A stretch of 40,211 nt of DNA, taken from NCBI GenBank assembly GCA_001303545.1, contig LJUA01000001.1, positions 1-40,211 of the forward strand, given 5' to 3'. The stretch's first letter is position 1. The number at the start of each line of letters is the position of its first letter. A model generated the notes under the pieces. That model was not told where the DNA came from, did not search any database, and was given only the letters and a program-made list of their open reading frames with translations. Made by a program: the position numbers and the translations under genes. Origin of the DNA: Dehalococcoidia bacterium SM23_28_2 (GTDB taxonomy: Bacteria; Chloroflexota; Dehalococcoidia; SM23-28-2). Of the stretch, positions 1-8,429 are shown in pieces.

Positions 1-1146
1 TACCCTAACTCCCCCTGGGCGGTGAGGGCGGCCTTCCTCAGCGGCCTGATTCCCTATCAGGCCGGCGATCCGACGGCGGCCAGCGCCGCCTGGGAGGAGA
101 TGCTGGGCGCTTTCACCGGCTCCGAGCGCTCAGCCCAGGCCCATCTCTGGCTGGGGCAGACAGATCTGACCTTCTTCGGTGACAGCGAGGGAGCATCCGC
201 CCACTTCCAGCAGGCGCTGGAGGACGCCTCCGCCAGCTTCTACGGCCTGCGAGCCGAGGCCTGGCTTGCAGGCCAGGCTGCCGTCGCCCCTCCGGTCGAG
301 CCCGACGAGGCCGCAGCCGTGGCCACCCCTGATTGGGATGCGGCCGAAGGATGGCTAGCCTCCCTCCGGGGGCCGGAGGCCTTGGCAGCCGACCCGTCGC
401 CCCTCGGCCTGCCGACCTGGCAGCGAGGCCTGGAGCTCCACCGGCTGGGCATGAACCGAGAGGCGGCCAACGAGCTCCTCTGGCTCATCGACCAAAGCAG
501 ATCGCAGCCCTGGGGCCTCTATCGCCTGGCCCGCGCCCTCCACGACTTCGACCTAACCCACCTGACAGCCCACGCCGCCAGCGAGCTGCTGAAGAGCGCT
601 GACAGCCCTCTGGAGGAGGCTCCACGGGCCGTTCTGGAGCTGGCCTACCCTGCTGACTACCTGCCTCTCATCGATGTCACAGCGGCGGAAACCGGCCTAT
701 CGCCCCTTCTCCTCCTGGCGCTCATCCGCCAGGAGAGCTTCTTCGACCCCTCTGCCGCATCTCCCGCTGGCGCCCTCGGTCTCACCCAGGTTATGCCTCT
801 CACCGCCTCGGAGATCAACCAGAAACTGAACATCGAGGATTTCTCCACTCAAGACCTGCTGCGGCCGCTGGTGGGCATCCGGTTCGGCGCGCACTATCTG
901 CGCAGCCAGCTCGATCTCTTCGAAGGCAACCTATTCTATGCCCTGGCTGCCTATAACGGCGGCCCGGGCAACGCCAGCCGCTGGCTCCAGAGCGTTCCCG
1001 CCGGGGACATGGACCTGTTCGCCGAGATCATCGACTTCACAGAGACGCGCAGCTTTGTGAAGCTGGTGCTGGAGAACTACGCCATGTACCGCTTTCTCTA
1101 CGGCGGCGCCAGCCAACCCACCCTCCTCCCCATCTCGGAGTCGTAG
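1..1146 (+). CDS. SLT-domain lytic murein transglycosylase, 5'-partial
   Basis: The listed ORF is 22-1146, but the frame has no stop back to base 1, so the gene probably starts upstream of the window. The C-terminal half carries the SLT catalytic signature (LIRQESFFDP...GALGLTQVMP...AAYNGGPGNASRW). The N-terminal half is Ala/Leu-rich and looks helical-repeat-like. Confidence 0.85.
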   Translation, partial: YPNSPWAVRAAFLSGLIPYQAGDPTAASAAWEEMLGAFTGSERSAQAHLWLGQTDLTFFGDSEGASAHFQQALEDASASFYGLRAEAWLAGQAAVAPPVEPDEAAAVATPDWDAAEGWLASLRGPEALAADPSPLGLPTWQRGLELHRLGMNREAANELLWLIDQSRSQPWGLYRLARALHDFDLTHLTAHAASELLKSADSPLEEAPRAVLELAYPADYLPLIDVTAAETGLSPLLLLALIRQESFFDPSAASPAGALGLTQVMPLTASEINQKLNIEDFSTQDLLRPLVGIRFGAHYLRSQLDLFEGNLFYALAAYNGGPGNASRWLQSVPAGDMDLFAEIIDFTETRSFVKLVLENYAMYRFLYGGASQPTLLPISES

Positions 1147-1175
1147 ACGACCTCCCTGTCTTGAGACAAATTCAA

Positions 1176-1205
1176 TTGACCCCATCGCGAGCCCTGAAGT
1201 ATAAT
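1176..1205 (+). promoter_or_regulatory. Sigma-70-type promoter upstream of rpmH (TTGACC-18 nt-TATAAT)
   Basis: TTGACC lies at 1176-1181 and TATAAT at 1200-1205, about 30 nt upstream of the rpmH GTG. This is a sequence match only. Confidence 0.45.
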
Positions 1206-1234
1206 GGCGGCAGCCTAAGGCAGCGGAGAGAGTT

Positions 1235-1372
1235 GTGCCCAAGCGAACCTATCAGCCTAAACGAATCCCTCGAAAGCGCAAGCACGGTTTCCGTGCTCGC
1301 ATGAGCACCCGCGGCGGTCGCCACGTAATCAAGCGCCGACGGCTAAGGCGACGTACGCGTCTCGCTGTCTAG
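1235..1372 (+). CDS. rpmH: 50S ribosomal protein L34 (45 aa; absent from the ORF track because it is under 60 aa)
   Basis: Manual translation from GTG 1235 gives (M)[44 protein letters not shown], ending at TAG 1370-1372. This is the canonical L34 sequence. It sits immediately upstream of rnpA, as in most bacteria. Confidence 0.9.
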   Translation: MPKRTYQPKRIPRKRKHGFRARMSTRGGRHVIKRRRLRRRTRLAV

Positions 1373-1402
1373 CTTTGGCCTACCGCCATAAGCTGCGGCC
1401 AT

Positions 1403-1747
1403 ATGAACAAGAGGGAACGGCTGAGGGCACGGAAGGATTTCGTTAGTGTCTATCAAAAGGGTCGCGCCTGGGCCAACCAACTACTGGTGTTGCGTGCCTT
1501 GCCCAACGACTTGCCTCACCACCGCTGCGGATTCGTTGTCAGCAAGCGCGTGGGCAAGGCCGTGGTACGAAATCGGCTCAAGCGAAGACTGAGAGAGGGG
1601 CTGCGTGCCCAGCCCGTCCAGCCGGGATGGGATTTGATCTTTGTGGCACGACCTCTGGCTGCCGGGGCAAGCTATGACGAGTTACAAGAGGCGATAGTCA
1701 ACCTACTATCTCGCGCTCGCCTTTTGGACGGGGTTGACCCTGTCTGA
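1403..1747 (+). CDS. rnpA: Ribonuclease P protein component
   Basis: The 114-aa basic protein contains [15 protein letters not shown]...[22 protein letters not shown], which includes the RNR motif. It occupies the conserved rpmH-rnpA position. Confidence 0.9.
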   Translation: MNKRERLRARKDFVSVYQKGRAWANQLLVLRALPNDLPHHRCGFVVSKRVGKAVVRNRLKRRLREGLRAQPVQPGWDLIFVARPLAAGASYDELQEAIVNLLSRARLLDGVDPV

Positions 1748-1767
1748 CAGCAGGCAGGGGAGGAACG

Positions 1768-1977
1768 ATGAGAAAAGCAGTCCTGACAGCCATCGGTTTC
1801 TACCAGCGGCACATCTCCCCGACGATGCCGCCTTCCTGTCGCTACCTCCCCACCTGTTCCCAGTATGGCCACGAGGCCGTCCAGCGCTACGGTCTGCTAA
1901 GGGGCGGATGGCTCGCCCTGCGGCGTCTTCTTCGCTGCCATCCCTTCAGCGCCGGCGGCTACGACCCCGTTCCCTAA
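1768..1977 (+). CDS. yidD: Membrane protein insertion efficiency factor YidD
   Basis: The 69-aa protein contains FYQRHISP...[19 protein letters not shown]...[17 protein letters not shown], a typical YidD sequence. A GGGAGGA Shine-Dalgarno lies upstream of the ATG. Confidence 0.9.
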   Translation: MRKAVLTAIGFYQRHISPTMPPSCRYLPTCSQYGHEAVQRYGLLRGGWLALRRLLRCHPFSAGGYDPVP

Positions 1978-2037
1978 GCCCATCGACCAAGTCGGACAGG
2001 CGAGCTTTCGAACGTCGCCTCTGCCAGGAGGAGTAAA

Positions 2038-3141
2038 ATTCGAACTCAGAAGCTCTTAGGGTCGCCCTTTTTCCTGCTGCTGGTGCTGGCGACCCTCTTT
2101 CTTGCCACAGCGTGCGCTCGCATCGCCCGGCCCGAGGGTTGGGCAGGGCCGACGCTGGCAGACGACCGGCTGGTGGCCAGCATCGGTCGAGGAGAGCTGG
2201 CCGCCATCGACATCGAGGATTCGAGCGGCAGCGTGATCTGGCGCTTCCCTCCCAAGGACCAGAAGCACCCCGACGGCAGCGAGATCGAGCCCTTGGCCAT
2301 CTACAGCACGCCGCTGGTGGCTGACGACACAGTCTACTTCGGTGCCTACGACGGCTGGTTCTACGCCCTGGATCTGGCCACCGGCGACATCTCCTGGGAG
2401 AGAGAGACCGGCGGCCCGATCGTAGGCAGCGCCGCCGTCGAGGACGGCGTGGTCTACGTGGGCTCGGACGACGGCAAGCTGTATGCTCTCGACGCTGAAA
2501 CCGGCGACCTACAGTGGCAGTTCAAGAGCGGCGATAGCATCTGGGCCACCCCCCTGCTGGCCGATGGCGTCGTCTACGCGGCGTCCATGGACAAGAAGGC
2601 CTACGCCCTGGATGCTGCCAGCGGCGAGGAGATATGGCACTTCAAGGCCGACGGTGGCCTACCCTCCACGCCTGTCCTCGTCGACGGCACCCTCCTGGTG
2701 GGCGGGCTGGACCGCAGGCTCCGCGCCCTCGATGTCGCCAGCGGCGAACAGAAGTGGGCCTTCAAGGCCGATAACTGGTTCTGGACGCGCCCGCTGGTCC
2801 TGGAGGACACCGTCTACGCTGGCTCCCTGGATGGAAAGGTCTACGCTCTGGACGTGAAGGACGGCACGCCCAAGTGGGAGGAGCCTTTCGATACGGGGGA
2901 GCCCGTGCGGGCGGCGCCCCTTCTCCTCGACGACGTGCTGCTCATCGCCAACCGCAAGGGCAACATCTCCGGTCTAGATCCCGAAGACGGGCAGGCGGTC
3001 TGGGGCCCGATCGAGCTGGACAAGACTATCCTGTCCGATCCGTTGGGCCAGGAAGCGACGGCCTACATCAGCGCCCAGGGCGGCGACCTGTTCATAGTGG
3101 ACAAGGACGGCAAGACCGCCCTGTTAGAGCTGACCGAGTGA
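2038..3141 (+). CDS. PQQ-like (BamB-type) beta-propeller repeat lipoprotein; start uncertain (ATT 2038 proposed, first canonical start GTG 2083)
   Basis: The protein repeats Y(A/V)LD..(T/S)G...W.F blades (YALDLATGDISW, YALDAETGDLQWQF, YALDAASGEEIWHF, RALDVASGEQKWAF, YALDVKDGTPKWEE). A lipobox-like LATAC places Cys at 2113-2115. See the finding on the start codon. Confidence 0.8.
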   Translation: MRTQKLLGSPFFLLLVLATLFLATACARIARPEGWAGPTLADDRLVASIGRGELAAIDIEDSSGSVIWRFPPKDQKHPDGSEIEPLAIYSTPLVADDTVYFGAYDGWFYALDLATGDISWERETGGPIVGSAAVEDGVVYVGSDDGKLYALDAETGDLQWQFKSGDSIWATPLLADGVVYAASMDKKAYALDAASGEEIWHFKADGGLPSTPVLVDGTLLVGGLDRRLRALDVASGEQKWAFKADNWFWTRPLVLEDTVYAGSLDGKVYALDVKDGTPKWEEPFDTGEPVRAAPLLLDDVLLIANRKGNISGLDPEDGQAVWGPIELDKTILSDPLGQEATAYISAQGGDLFIVDKDGKTALLELTE

Positions 3142-3153
3142 GGTGACTGGGGC

Positions 3154-4044
3154 GTGTTTCTGTGGAATCTGGTCTTCGTCAACCCCATAACCAACGCCCT
3201 GATCGTCCTCAACAACCTGGTCATGGGCAACTTCGGGGTGGCCATCATTCTCTTCACCCTGGTGATGCGCCTGATCACTATGCCCCTTACCATGCGCCAG
3301 ATACGCTCATCGCGCGCGCTGTCCGCCCTTCAGCCCAGGGTTCAGGAACTCCAGAAGAAGTACAAGGACCCCAAGCGTCGCCAGGAAGAGACGATGAAGC
3401 TCTACCGCGAGGCGGGAGTGAACCCCTTAGGCTGTCTTCTGCCCATGCTCGTCCAGTTCCCCATCTGGATCTCCCTCTATCAAGCCCTGAGGATCACAGT
3501 GGGTGGAACGCCCGAGAGCGTTGTGGGCCTATCACAGCGGCTGTACCCCTGGAGCTACATCGAGCAGGCGGTGCCCCTGGAGAACAACTTCCTCTGGATG
3601 GACCTAGGCGAGCCGGATACAACCTGGATCCTGGCCCTCATAGTGTTCGCCTCCACCTATGTTCAGCAGCGGCTGGCTACCCCACCGACCACCGACCCTC
3701 GCACCCAATCCACCAACCAGATGATGCTCTGGATGATGCCCCTCATGTTCGCCTTCTTCACCCTCCAGGTGCCCAGCGGCCTGGGCGTGTACTGGGCTAT
3801 GAGCAACATAGTGGGTGTTATCATGTACTCCTTCGTATACGGCCCACGCCAGATCAACTGGCGCACCGTCATCCTGCCGCCGTCCGCTGCGCCGGCCGGC
3901 CAACAGGCCAGCCGTCGGGCGCAGCCGCCACCGGAAGAGAAAGAGCGGGCAGAGCAGCCTATCGAAGACGCTTTGCCTACGGAGAGTAAGCGCAAGAAGA
4001 GGTCGCGACATGGAAGAAGTAGAGGCAAGCGGAAAAACCGTTGA
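3154..4044 (+). CDS. yidC: Membrane protein insertase YidC (short, Oxa1-like form)
   Basis: The 296-aa protein contains ILFTLVMRLITMPLTMRQIRSSRALSALQPRVQELQKKYKDPKRRQEETMKLYREAGVNPLGCLLPMLVQFPIWISLYQAL and has a basic C-terminal tail. GTG 3154 is preceded by GAGGTGA. Confidence 0.9.
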   Translation: MFLWNLVFVNPITNALIVLNNLVMGNFGVAIILFTLVMRLITMPLTMRQIRSSRALSALQPRVQELQKKYKDPKRRQEETMKLYREAGVNPLGCLLPMLVQFPIWISLYQALRITVGGTPESVVGLSQRLYPWSYIEQAVPLENNFLWMDLGEPDTTWILALIVFASTYVQQRLATPPTTDPRTQSTNQMMLWMMPLMFAFFTLQVPSGLGVYWAMSNIVGVIMYSFVYGPRQINWRTVILPPSAAPAGQQASRRAQPPPEEKERAEQPIEDALPTESKRKKRSRHGRSRGKRKNR

Positions 4045-4684
4045 TGAAGCCATAGCCTCCGCCCTGGAGCAACTGCAGCTCGACCGGTCCCAGGTTGAGA
4101 TAGAGATTATCACGGCCGGACGTACCGGTCTGTTTGGCCTCGGCGGTGAGAATGCCCGCGTCCTGGTAAGGCCGAGCACCACAGAGAAGGTCGACTTGGA
4201 CAGCCCCACCATCAAGATGGCCATCGAGTTCTTGCAGCGTCTGCTCGAGCTCACGGGCATCGACGGCGAAGTGACAACCCGCCTGCCCGAGACCCCCGGC
4301 GATGGAATGGGAAGGGCGAGCGCCGTCCTGGACGTAACCGGCGAAGACCTTGGCATCCTCATCGGCCGACGCGGCTCCACCCTGGCCTCCCTTCAGTACA
4401 TGGTGAACCACATGGTGAGCCGACAGCTCAAGTCGAAGGCGCTGGTCACCGTGGACGTCGAGGGCTACAGACGCCGCCGCGAGGAAAACCTGAAGGGCCT
4501 GGCCCTCCGCCTGGCCGAGAAGGTCAAGGGCACCGGTCGCACGATCACCCTGGAGCCCATGCCCGCCAATGAGAGGCGCATCGTCCACCTAGCCCTGGCC
4601 GAAGACTCCCAGATCACCAGCTTCAGCCTTGGCGACGGAGAGACCCGCAAGGTCGCCATCTCTCTCAAGCGCCGTTCGACCTAG
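4010..4684 (+). CDS. jag: Jag/KhpB-type RNA-binding protein (Jag_N, KH and R3H domains)
   Basis: The internal ATG at 4010 gives MEEVEASGKTVDEAIASALEQL (Jag N-domain). The C-terminus has the R3H region LEPMPANERRIVHLAL. It overlaps the yidC 3' end by 35 nt, the usual yidC-jag arrangement. The longer ORF from 3815 is just an out-of-frame run inside yidC. Confidence 0.85.
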   Translation: MEEVEASGKTVDEAIASALEQLQLDRSQVEIEIITAGRTGLFGLGGENARVLVRPSTTEKVDLDSPTIKMAIEFLQRLLELTGIDGEVTTRLPETPGDGMGRASAVLDVTGEDLGILIGRRGSTLASLQYMVNHMVSRQLKSKALVTVDVEGYRRRREENLKGLALRLAEKVKGTGRTITLEPMPANERRIVHLALAEDSQITSFSLGDGETRKVAISLKRRST

Positions 4685-4692
4685 GCAGGCCG

Positions 4693-5562
4693 ATGGGGGC
4701 ACCCGATTTCCTGGTCATCGGCCACCTGGCTAGGGACAAGCTGGCCGAAGGCTGGCGACTGGGCGGTTGTGCCGCCTACGCCTCTCTCACCGCCAGCAGG
4801 CTGGGCCTGCGTACGGCTGTCCTTACCAGCGCCGCCAGCGATCTGGACCTACCGCTGCTCCTGCCCGAGATCGATGTCCGCTTGGTCCCATCGGAGGAGA
4901 CCACCGTCTTCGAGAACGTCTACGGCCCTGAGGGGCGTCTTCAATACGTTTGGGCCAAAGCAGGAACGATCGCCGCCAGCGACGTGCCCCCGGAGTTTCG
5001 AGAGGCCAAGATCGTTCTGCTGGGGCCGCTGATAGGCGAGGTGGAGGAAGAGATAGCCCGCTGCTTCCCCCGCTCCCTGCTGGCCATCTGTCCCCAGGGT
5101 TGGCTGCGCACCGTCCTCCCCGACGGGCGCGTGGAGCAGACGTCGCCCCGCCGCTGGCAGCCGCGCGTCCTTCTGGAGCGCAGCCGGGCCTTGTTTGTAT
5201 CCGAGGAGGACCTGCTGCCCACGGAGACGGAGGAGGCGTTGGCTCGCTGGGCCACGCAGGTGCCCCTCCTGGTGCTTACACGCGGAGCCAGAGGTGCTCG
5301 CCTGTGGAGCGAGGGACGCTGGCGACAGGTGCCAGCGATACCAACGGAGGAGATCGACCCCACCGGTGCCGGCGACGTTTTCGCCGCCGCCTTCCTCAGC
5401 CGCTACCTGGAGACGGACGACGCCTGGCAAACGGCCCTGTTCGCCACCGCTGCTGCCAGCATCTCCGTGGAGACGCCAGGTACAGCGGGCATCCCCAGCC
5501 GCCGGCAGGTGGAAGAGCGGCTGCGGGCATACGAGGCCAGTACGGATTCGCAGGGAGGATGA
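4693..5562 (+). CDS. PfkB-family carbohydrate/nucleoside kinase
   Basis: The 289-aa protein has an N-terminal DFLVIGHLARD and a C-terminal DPTGAGDVFAAAFL, the PfkB signature 2 (anion hole). The substrate cannot be determined from sequence. Confidence 0.8.
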   Translation: MGAPDFLVIGHLARDKLAEGWRLGGCAAYASLTASRLGLRTAVLTSAASDLDLPLLLPEIDVRLVPSEETTVFENVYGPEGRLQYVWAKAGTIAASDVPPEFREAKIVLLGPLIGEVEEEIARCFPRSLLAICPQGWLRTVLPDGRVEQTSPRRWQPRVLLERSRALFVSEEDLLPTETEEALARWATQVPLLVLTRGARGARLWSEGRWRQVPAIPTEEIDPTGAGDVFAAAFLSRYLETDDAWQTALFATAAASISVETPGTAGIPSRRQVEERLRAYEASTDSQGG

Positions 5563-5565
5563 GCC

Positions 5566-6072
5566 ATGAACCGCCAACAGATCATAGACGCTCTGCGGGC
5601 CCTACCGAGCCAAGTAGAGGAGCTGGCGGAGGGCCTCTCCGAAGACGCCGTTCGCTGGCGCCCAGCGCCGGGCGAATGGTCGATCACGGAGGTCTGCTGC
5701 CACCTGCGCGACTTCTCGGAGATCGGCGGCGAGCGCATCAGCCGCATGCTCAACGAGGACGAGCCCTTCCTGCCCTCGTACGACCAGGAGGCCATGGCCC
5801 GCGAGCGCAACTACCAGAACGAAAGAATGCCCCAGGCTCTGGCCGCCCTCCGAGCCTTCTCAGGCGGCCTGGCTTACCTGCTGGAGAGCCTCAGCGAGGA
5901 GCAGTGGCAGCGCACGGGCCGCCCCGAAGGACCATTGGCAGGCATGCGCCCTGGGGAGAGCGGGCCTGGCCTCATAAGCATAGCCCAGTACGCCCAGCTC
6001 CTGGCCGACCACGGCCGCGAGCACCTGAAGCAGATCAAGGCCGTTCGGGGTCAGCTACCGCCAGGCCGATGA
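5566..6072 (+). CDS. DinB-superfamily (DinB_2-like) metal-dependent protein
   Basis: The 168-aa protein has WRPAPGEWSITEVCCHLRDFSEI and a C-terminal HGREHLKQI, which fit the His-triad pattern of DinB four-helix bundles. GGAGGA lies upstream of the ATG. Confidence 0.7.
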   Translation: MNRQQIIDALRALPSQVEELAEGLSEDAVRWRPAPGEWSITEVCCHLRDFSEIGGERISRMLNEDEPFLPSYDQEAMARERNYQNERMPQALAALRAFSGGLAYLLESLSEEQWQRTGRPEGPLAGMRPGESGPGLISIAQYAQLLADHGREHLKQIKAVRGQLPPGR

Positions 6073-6928
6073 GCCGATAGGCCAGCCTGGCCGCCAACTG
6101 GGCGTTGGCGAATGGGCCCAATCGAGGCGCCAGCTCCGTCACGTCGAAGCCGACGATTCGCTTTTCCCGAGCCACCGCCGCCAGCAGACCCACCACCTCG
6201 TCCCACAAGAGGCCCCCCGGCTCGGGGGTGCCCACCGCCGCCATCTGGGAGGGATCGAACACGTCCAGGTCGATGGTCACGTAGACGTTCTCGCTCAGGC
6301 GGGAGAGAACCTCTCGCGGGTCGCCCGCCAGAGCTCGATAGGCCTGAATCGAGAAGAAGGGCAGCTTCCGCTGGCGGATAAGATCGTGCTCCTCACGGGT
6401 GGCGCTGCGCAGCCCTACCTGCACCAGAGGGCAACCGTCGTCCAACAGACGGCGGAGGACGCAGGCGTGGTTGTAGGGGGTGCCCAGATACTCCTGTCGC
6501 AGGTCGGCGTGGGCGTCCAGGGCAAGGACAGACAGACTGTCGACGCGCTGCCTGTACGCTCGCACGGCTCCCACGGCCAGCGTGTGCTCGCCCCCCAGGG
6601 TTGCCACGAGCTTGCCGCCGTCCACCAGCTCGCCCACTATCTCCGCCATCCGCTCCACCATCGCCTGCGGGTCGCCGGTGTGGGGCATCACCTCCGGCAG
6701 GGTGTGGATGCCCACCCGATAGGGCTCGCACTCCAGGTCGAAGTCGTACAGCTCCATCTCCTCCGAGGCCTCGATGATCGCTCGCGCCCCCTCGCGGCAG
6801 CCGGCACGTCCGCTCACCGTGCTCCCATAGGGGACGGGCAGGATCACCACGTGGGCGCGCTCGAACCGAGCGTACTCCTCGGGGATGGCAGCGAAGTTGA
6901 TGGGTGGAAAGAAGCGTTCCTGGGCCAT
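6035..6928 (-). CDS. speB: Agmatinase / ureohydrolase family protein
   Basis: The protein carries arginase-fold Mn-binding motifs: GGEHTLAVG, LALDAHADLR, TIDLDVFDPS and GTPEPGGL. It is the last gene of a three-gene operon separated by 9- and 12-nt gaps. Confidence 0.85.
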   Translation of the reverse strand: MAQERFFPPINFAAIPEEYARFERAHVVILPVPYGSTVSGRAGCREGARAIIEASEEMELYDFDLECEPYRVGIHTLPEVMPHTGDPQAMVERMAEIVGELVDGGKLVATLGGEHTLAVGAVRAYRQRVDSLSVLALDAHADLRQEYLGTPYNHACVLRRLLDDGCPLVQVGLRSATREEHDLIRQRKLPFFSIQAYRALAGDPREVLSRLSENVYVTIDLDVFDPSQMAAVGTPEPGGLLWDEVVGLLAAVAREKRIVGFDVTELAPRLGPFANAQLAARLAYRLIGLAVADPERP

Positions 6929-6937
6929 CGGCTGTCG

Positions 6938-7960
6938 CTAGGCTTCAGCCAGGCCCTCAAAGGAGATGACCGCCCGCTGACGGTCGCGGATGGCCTGGGC
7001 GCTGCCCTCGGCCAGGGCGCTGACGATGATCGGCAGGGCAATAGTGGCATCGGCCCGCACGGTCACGAAGGTGGCATCGGCCGCCATCTTCCGCCAGGAC
7101 TGGGCCTCCTCGAAGGTACAGCCCGATAGCCCGCCCCAGTCGGGCTGATCCATGGTGATCTGGATGCCGTACTCATGGCCTGACCCTTCGCGACCGAAGA
7201 GATAACCGGCCACCGCCGCCTGCTGGATGAAGTTCTTGGGGGTGCCGCCGCCGATGTAGACGACGCCGCTGACCTTGGCCTGGGTAGCGATGTGGGCCAT
7301 CTCCACCACATCGGCGATGACGTCGAAGGTGAGGCGAAGGCCGCTGCGCAGGCGACCGTCGGCGATGGCCAGGCCGAAGACGCTGTCTGCCAGGGCCGGG
7401 CAGTAGATTGGAACGCCCTGTCGAACGGCCGTCGTCAGGATCCCCTGCTCCTTGGCCACCGGCAAGAGCGCCCGCCCGAGAAGATGGAAGTACTCGCGAG
7501 TGGTGTAGGAGCGCGACGGGTCAAGGGTGAGCGAGAACTCGGTGATGAAGCGTTCTCCCTCAGAGAAATCGTGCTCGCTGGCCAGCACGTCGTAGAAGCG
7601 ATACACCTGCTCGCTGGCCAGGCGGCGGTCATCGGTCTTCTGCTCGCTCTGCCAGTGACGATAGCCCAAGCATTCGTAGAGGTCGTGGTAGAGGTTGGCG
7701 CCGGTGCTCACCAGGCAGTCGATGAGGCGGTTCTCGATGAGATAGGCAACCACCGGGCGCATGCCGGCCGGCACCATGGCCCCTGCCAGGCCCAGGAAGA
7801 TGGTGACCTCGCCCTGGAGCATAGCGTCCCAGATGCGCACCGCCTGGGCCACCTTGCGCGACTGAAAGGCAGTGCCGCCCATACGCCGCACCAGCTCGGC
7901 GGCACCGACCTTATCATCCACGGGGAAGGGGGTTACAGAAGAGCCGAACAGCTCATGCAC
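6938..7960 (-). CDS. Deoxyhypusine synthase-like protein (bacterial DHS/homospermidine-synthase-type aminobutyl transferase)
   Basis: The 340-aa protein contains LGLAGAMVPAGMRPVVAYLIENRLIDCLVSTGANLYHD and YIGGGTPKNFIQQ. The motif EEAQSWRKM corresponds to the DHS catalytic-Lys region (E-A-x-S-W-G-K in eukaryotic DHS, from memory). Confidence 0.8.
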   Translation of the reverse strand: MHELFGSSVTPFPVDDKVGAAELVRRMGGTAFQSRKVAQAVRIWDAMLQGEVTIFLGLAGAMVPAGMRPVVAYLIENRLIDCLVSTGANLYHDLYECLGYRHWQSEQKTDDRRLASEQVYRFYDVLASEHDFSEGERFITEFSLTLDPSRSYTTREYFHLLGRALLPVAKEQGILTTAVRQGVPIYCPALADSVFGLAIADGRLRSGLRLTFDVIADVVEMAHIATQAKVSGVVYIGGGTPKNFIQQAAVAGYLFGREGSGHEYGIQITMDQPDWGGLSGCTFEEAQSWRKMAADATFVTVRADATIALPIIVSALAEGSAQAIRDRQRAVISFEGLAEA

Positions 7961-7972
7961 CCGCCGTTCTCC

Positions 7973-8365
7973 CTAGGGAGATGCCTCGCGAACACCTGCC
8001 GGGAACAACACCTCGCTGCACTCCAAGCCCCGGCCCAGCAGGGTGACCCGCGCCTCCCGCAGGGAGAAGGCCTCTCGCACTGCTCCCACCAGCCGGTCGG
8101 CGTCAAATGATTTGCAGGAGAAAATGTCGGCCCAAAGGAGGCCGCGTTCGGGGAAGGTATGGACGCTGAGGTGGCTTTCGGCAATGAGCACGAAGCCGGA
8201 GATGCCCCAATCGCTAGGCTTGGGGCCCTCATAGCGACAAACATAGGACGGCGCGATCTTGACCATCCCTATTTCCAGCGGAACCCGCTCCAAGAGCGCG
8301 CGCACCAGCTCCGCGTCAGCCAGTTTGTGGGCATCGCCCCCGTAGCCATCAATGATTAGGTGCAT
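7973..8365 (-). CDS. speH: Pyruvoyl-dependent decarboxylase of the SpeH family (S-adenosylmethionine decarboxylase proenzyme, or a derived arginine decarboxylase)
   Basis: The small 130-aa protein starts MHLIIDGYGG and contains the self-processing motif LIAESHLSVHTFPE (cleavage at Glu-Ser). I chose ATG 8365, which is preceded by AAGGGGGG. The longer ORF to 8458 would run through a good promoter match. Confidence 0.8.
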   Translation of the reverse strand: MHLIIDGYGGDAHKLADAELVRALLERVPLEIGMVKIAPSYVCRYEGPKPSDWGISGFVLIAESHLSVHTFPERGLLWADIFSCKSFDADRLVGAVREAFSLREARVTLLGRGLECSEVLFPAGVREASP

Positions 8366-8429
8366 CAATCCCCCCTTTCGCGCCCTGCCTGGCGGCAGGC
8401 AAGATCTCCAGCCGATGGGCCAAGCACGG

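Noticed and set aside
1147-1234. Looked for oriC/DnaA boxes near rpmH, because the rpmH-rnpA-yidC cluster often neighbours dnaA and the origin.
   Set aside because: I saw no TTATCCACA-like boxes or AT-rich unwinding element. The upstream neighbour is a same-strand transglycosylase gene, not dnaA.
4950-6080. A 376-aa Arg/Pro/Gly-rich ORF on the + strand spanning the pfkB and dinB genes in another frame.
   Set aside because: It is an out-of-frame overlap with two genes that carry real family motifs. Its extreme Arg/Pro/Gly composition is typical of an off-frame translation of GC-rich coding DNA.
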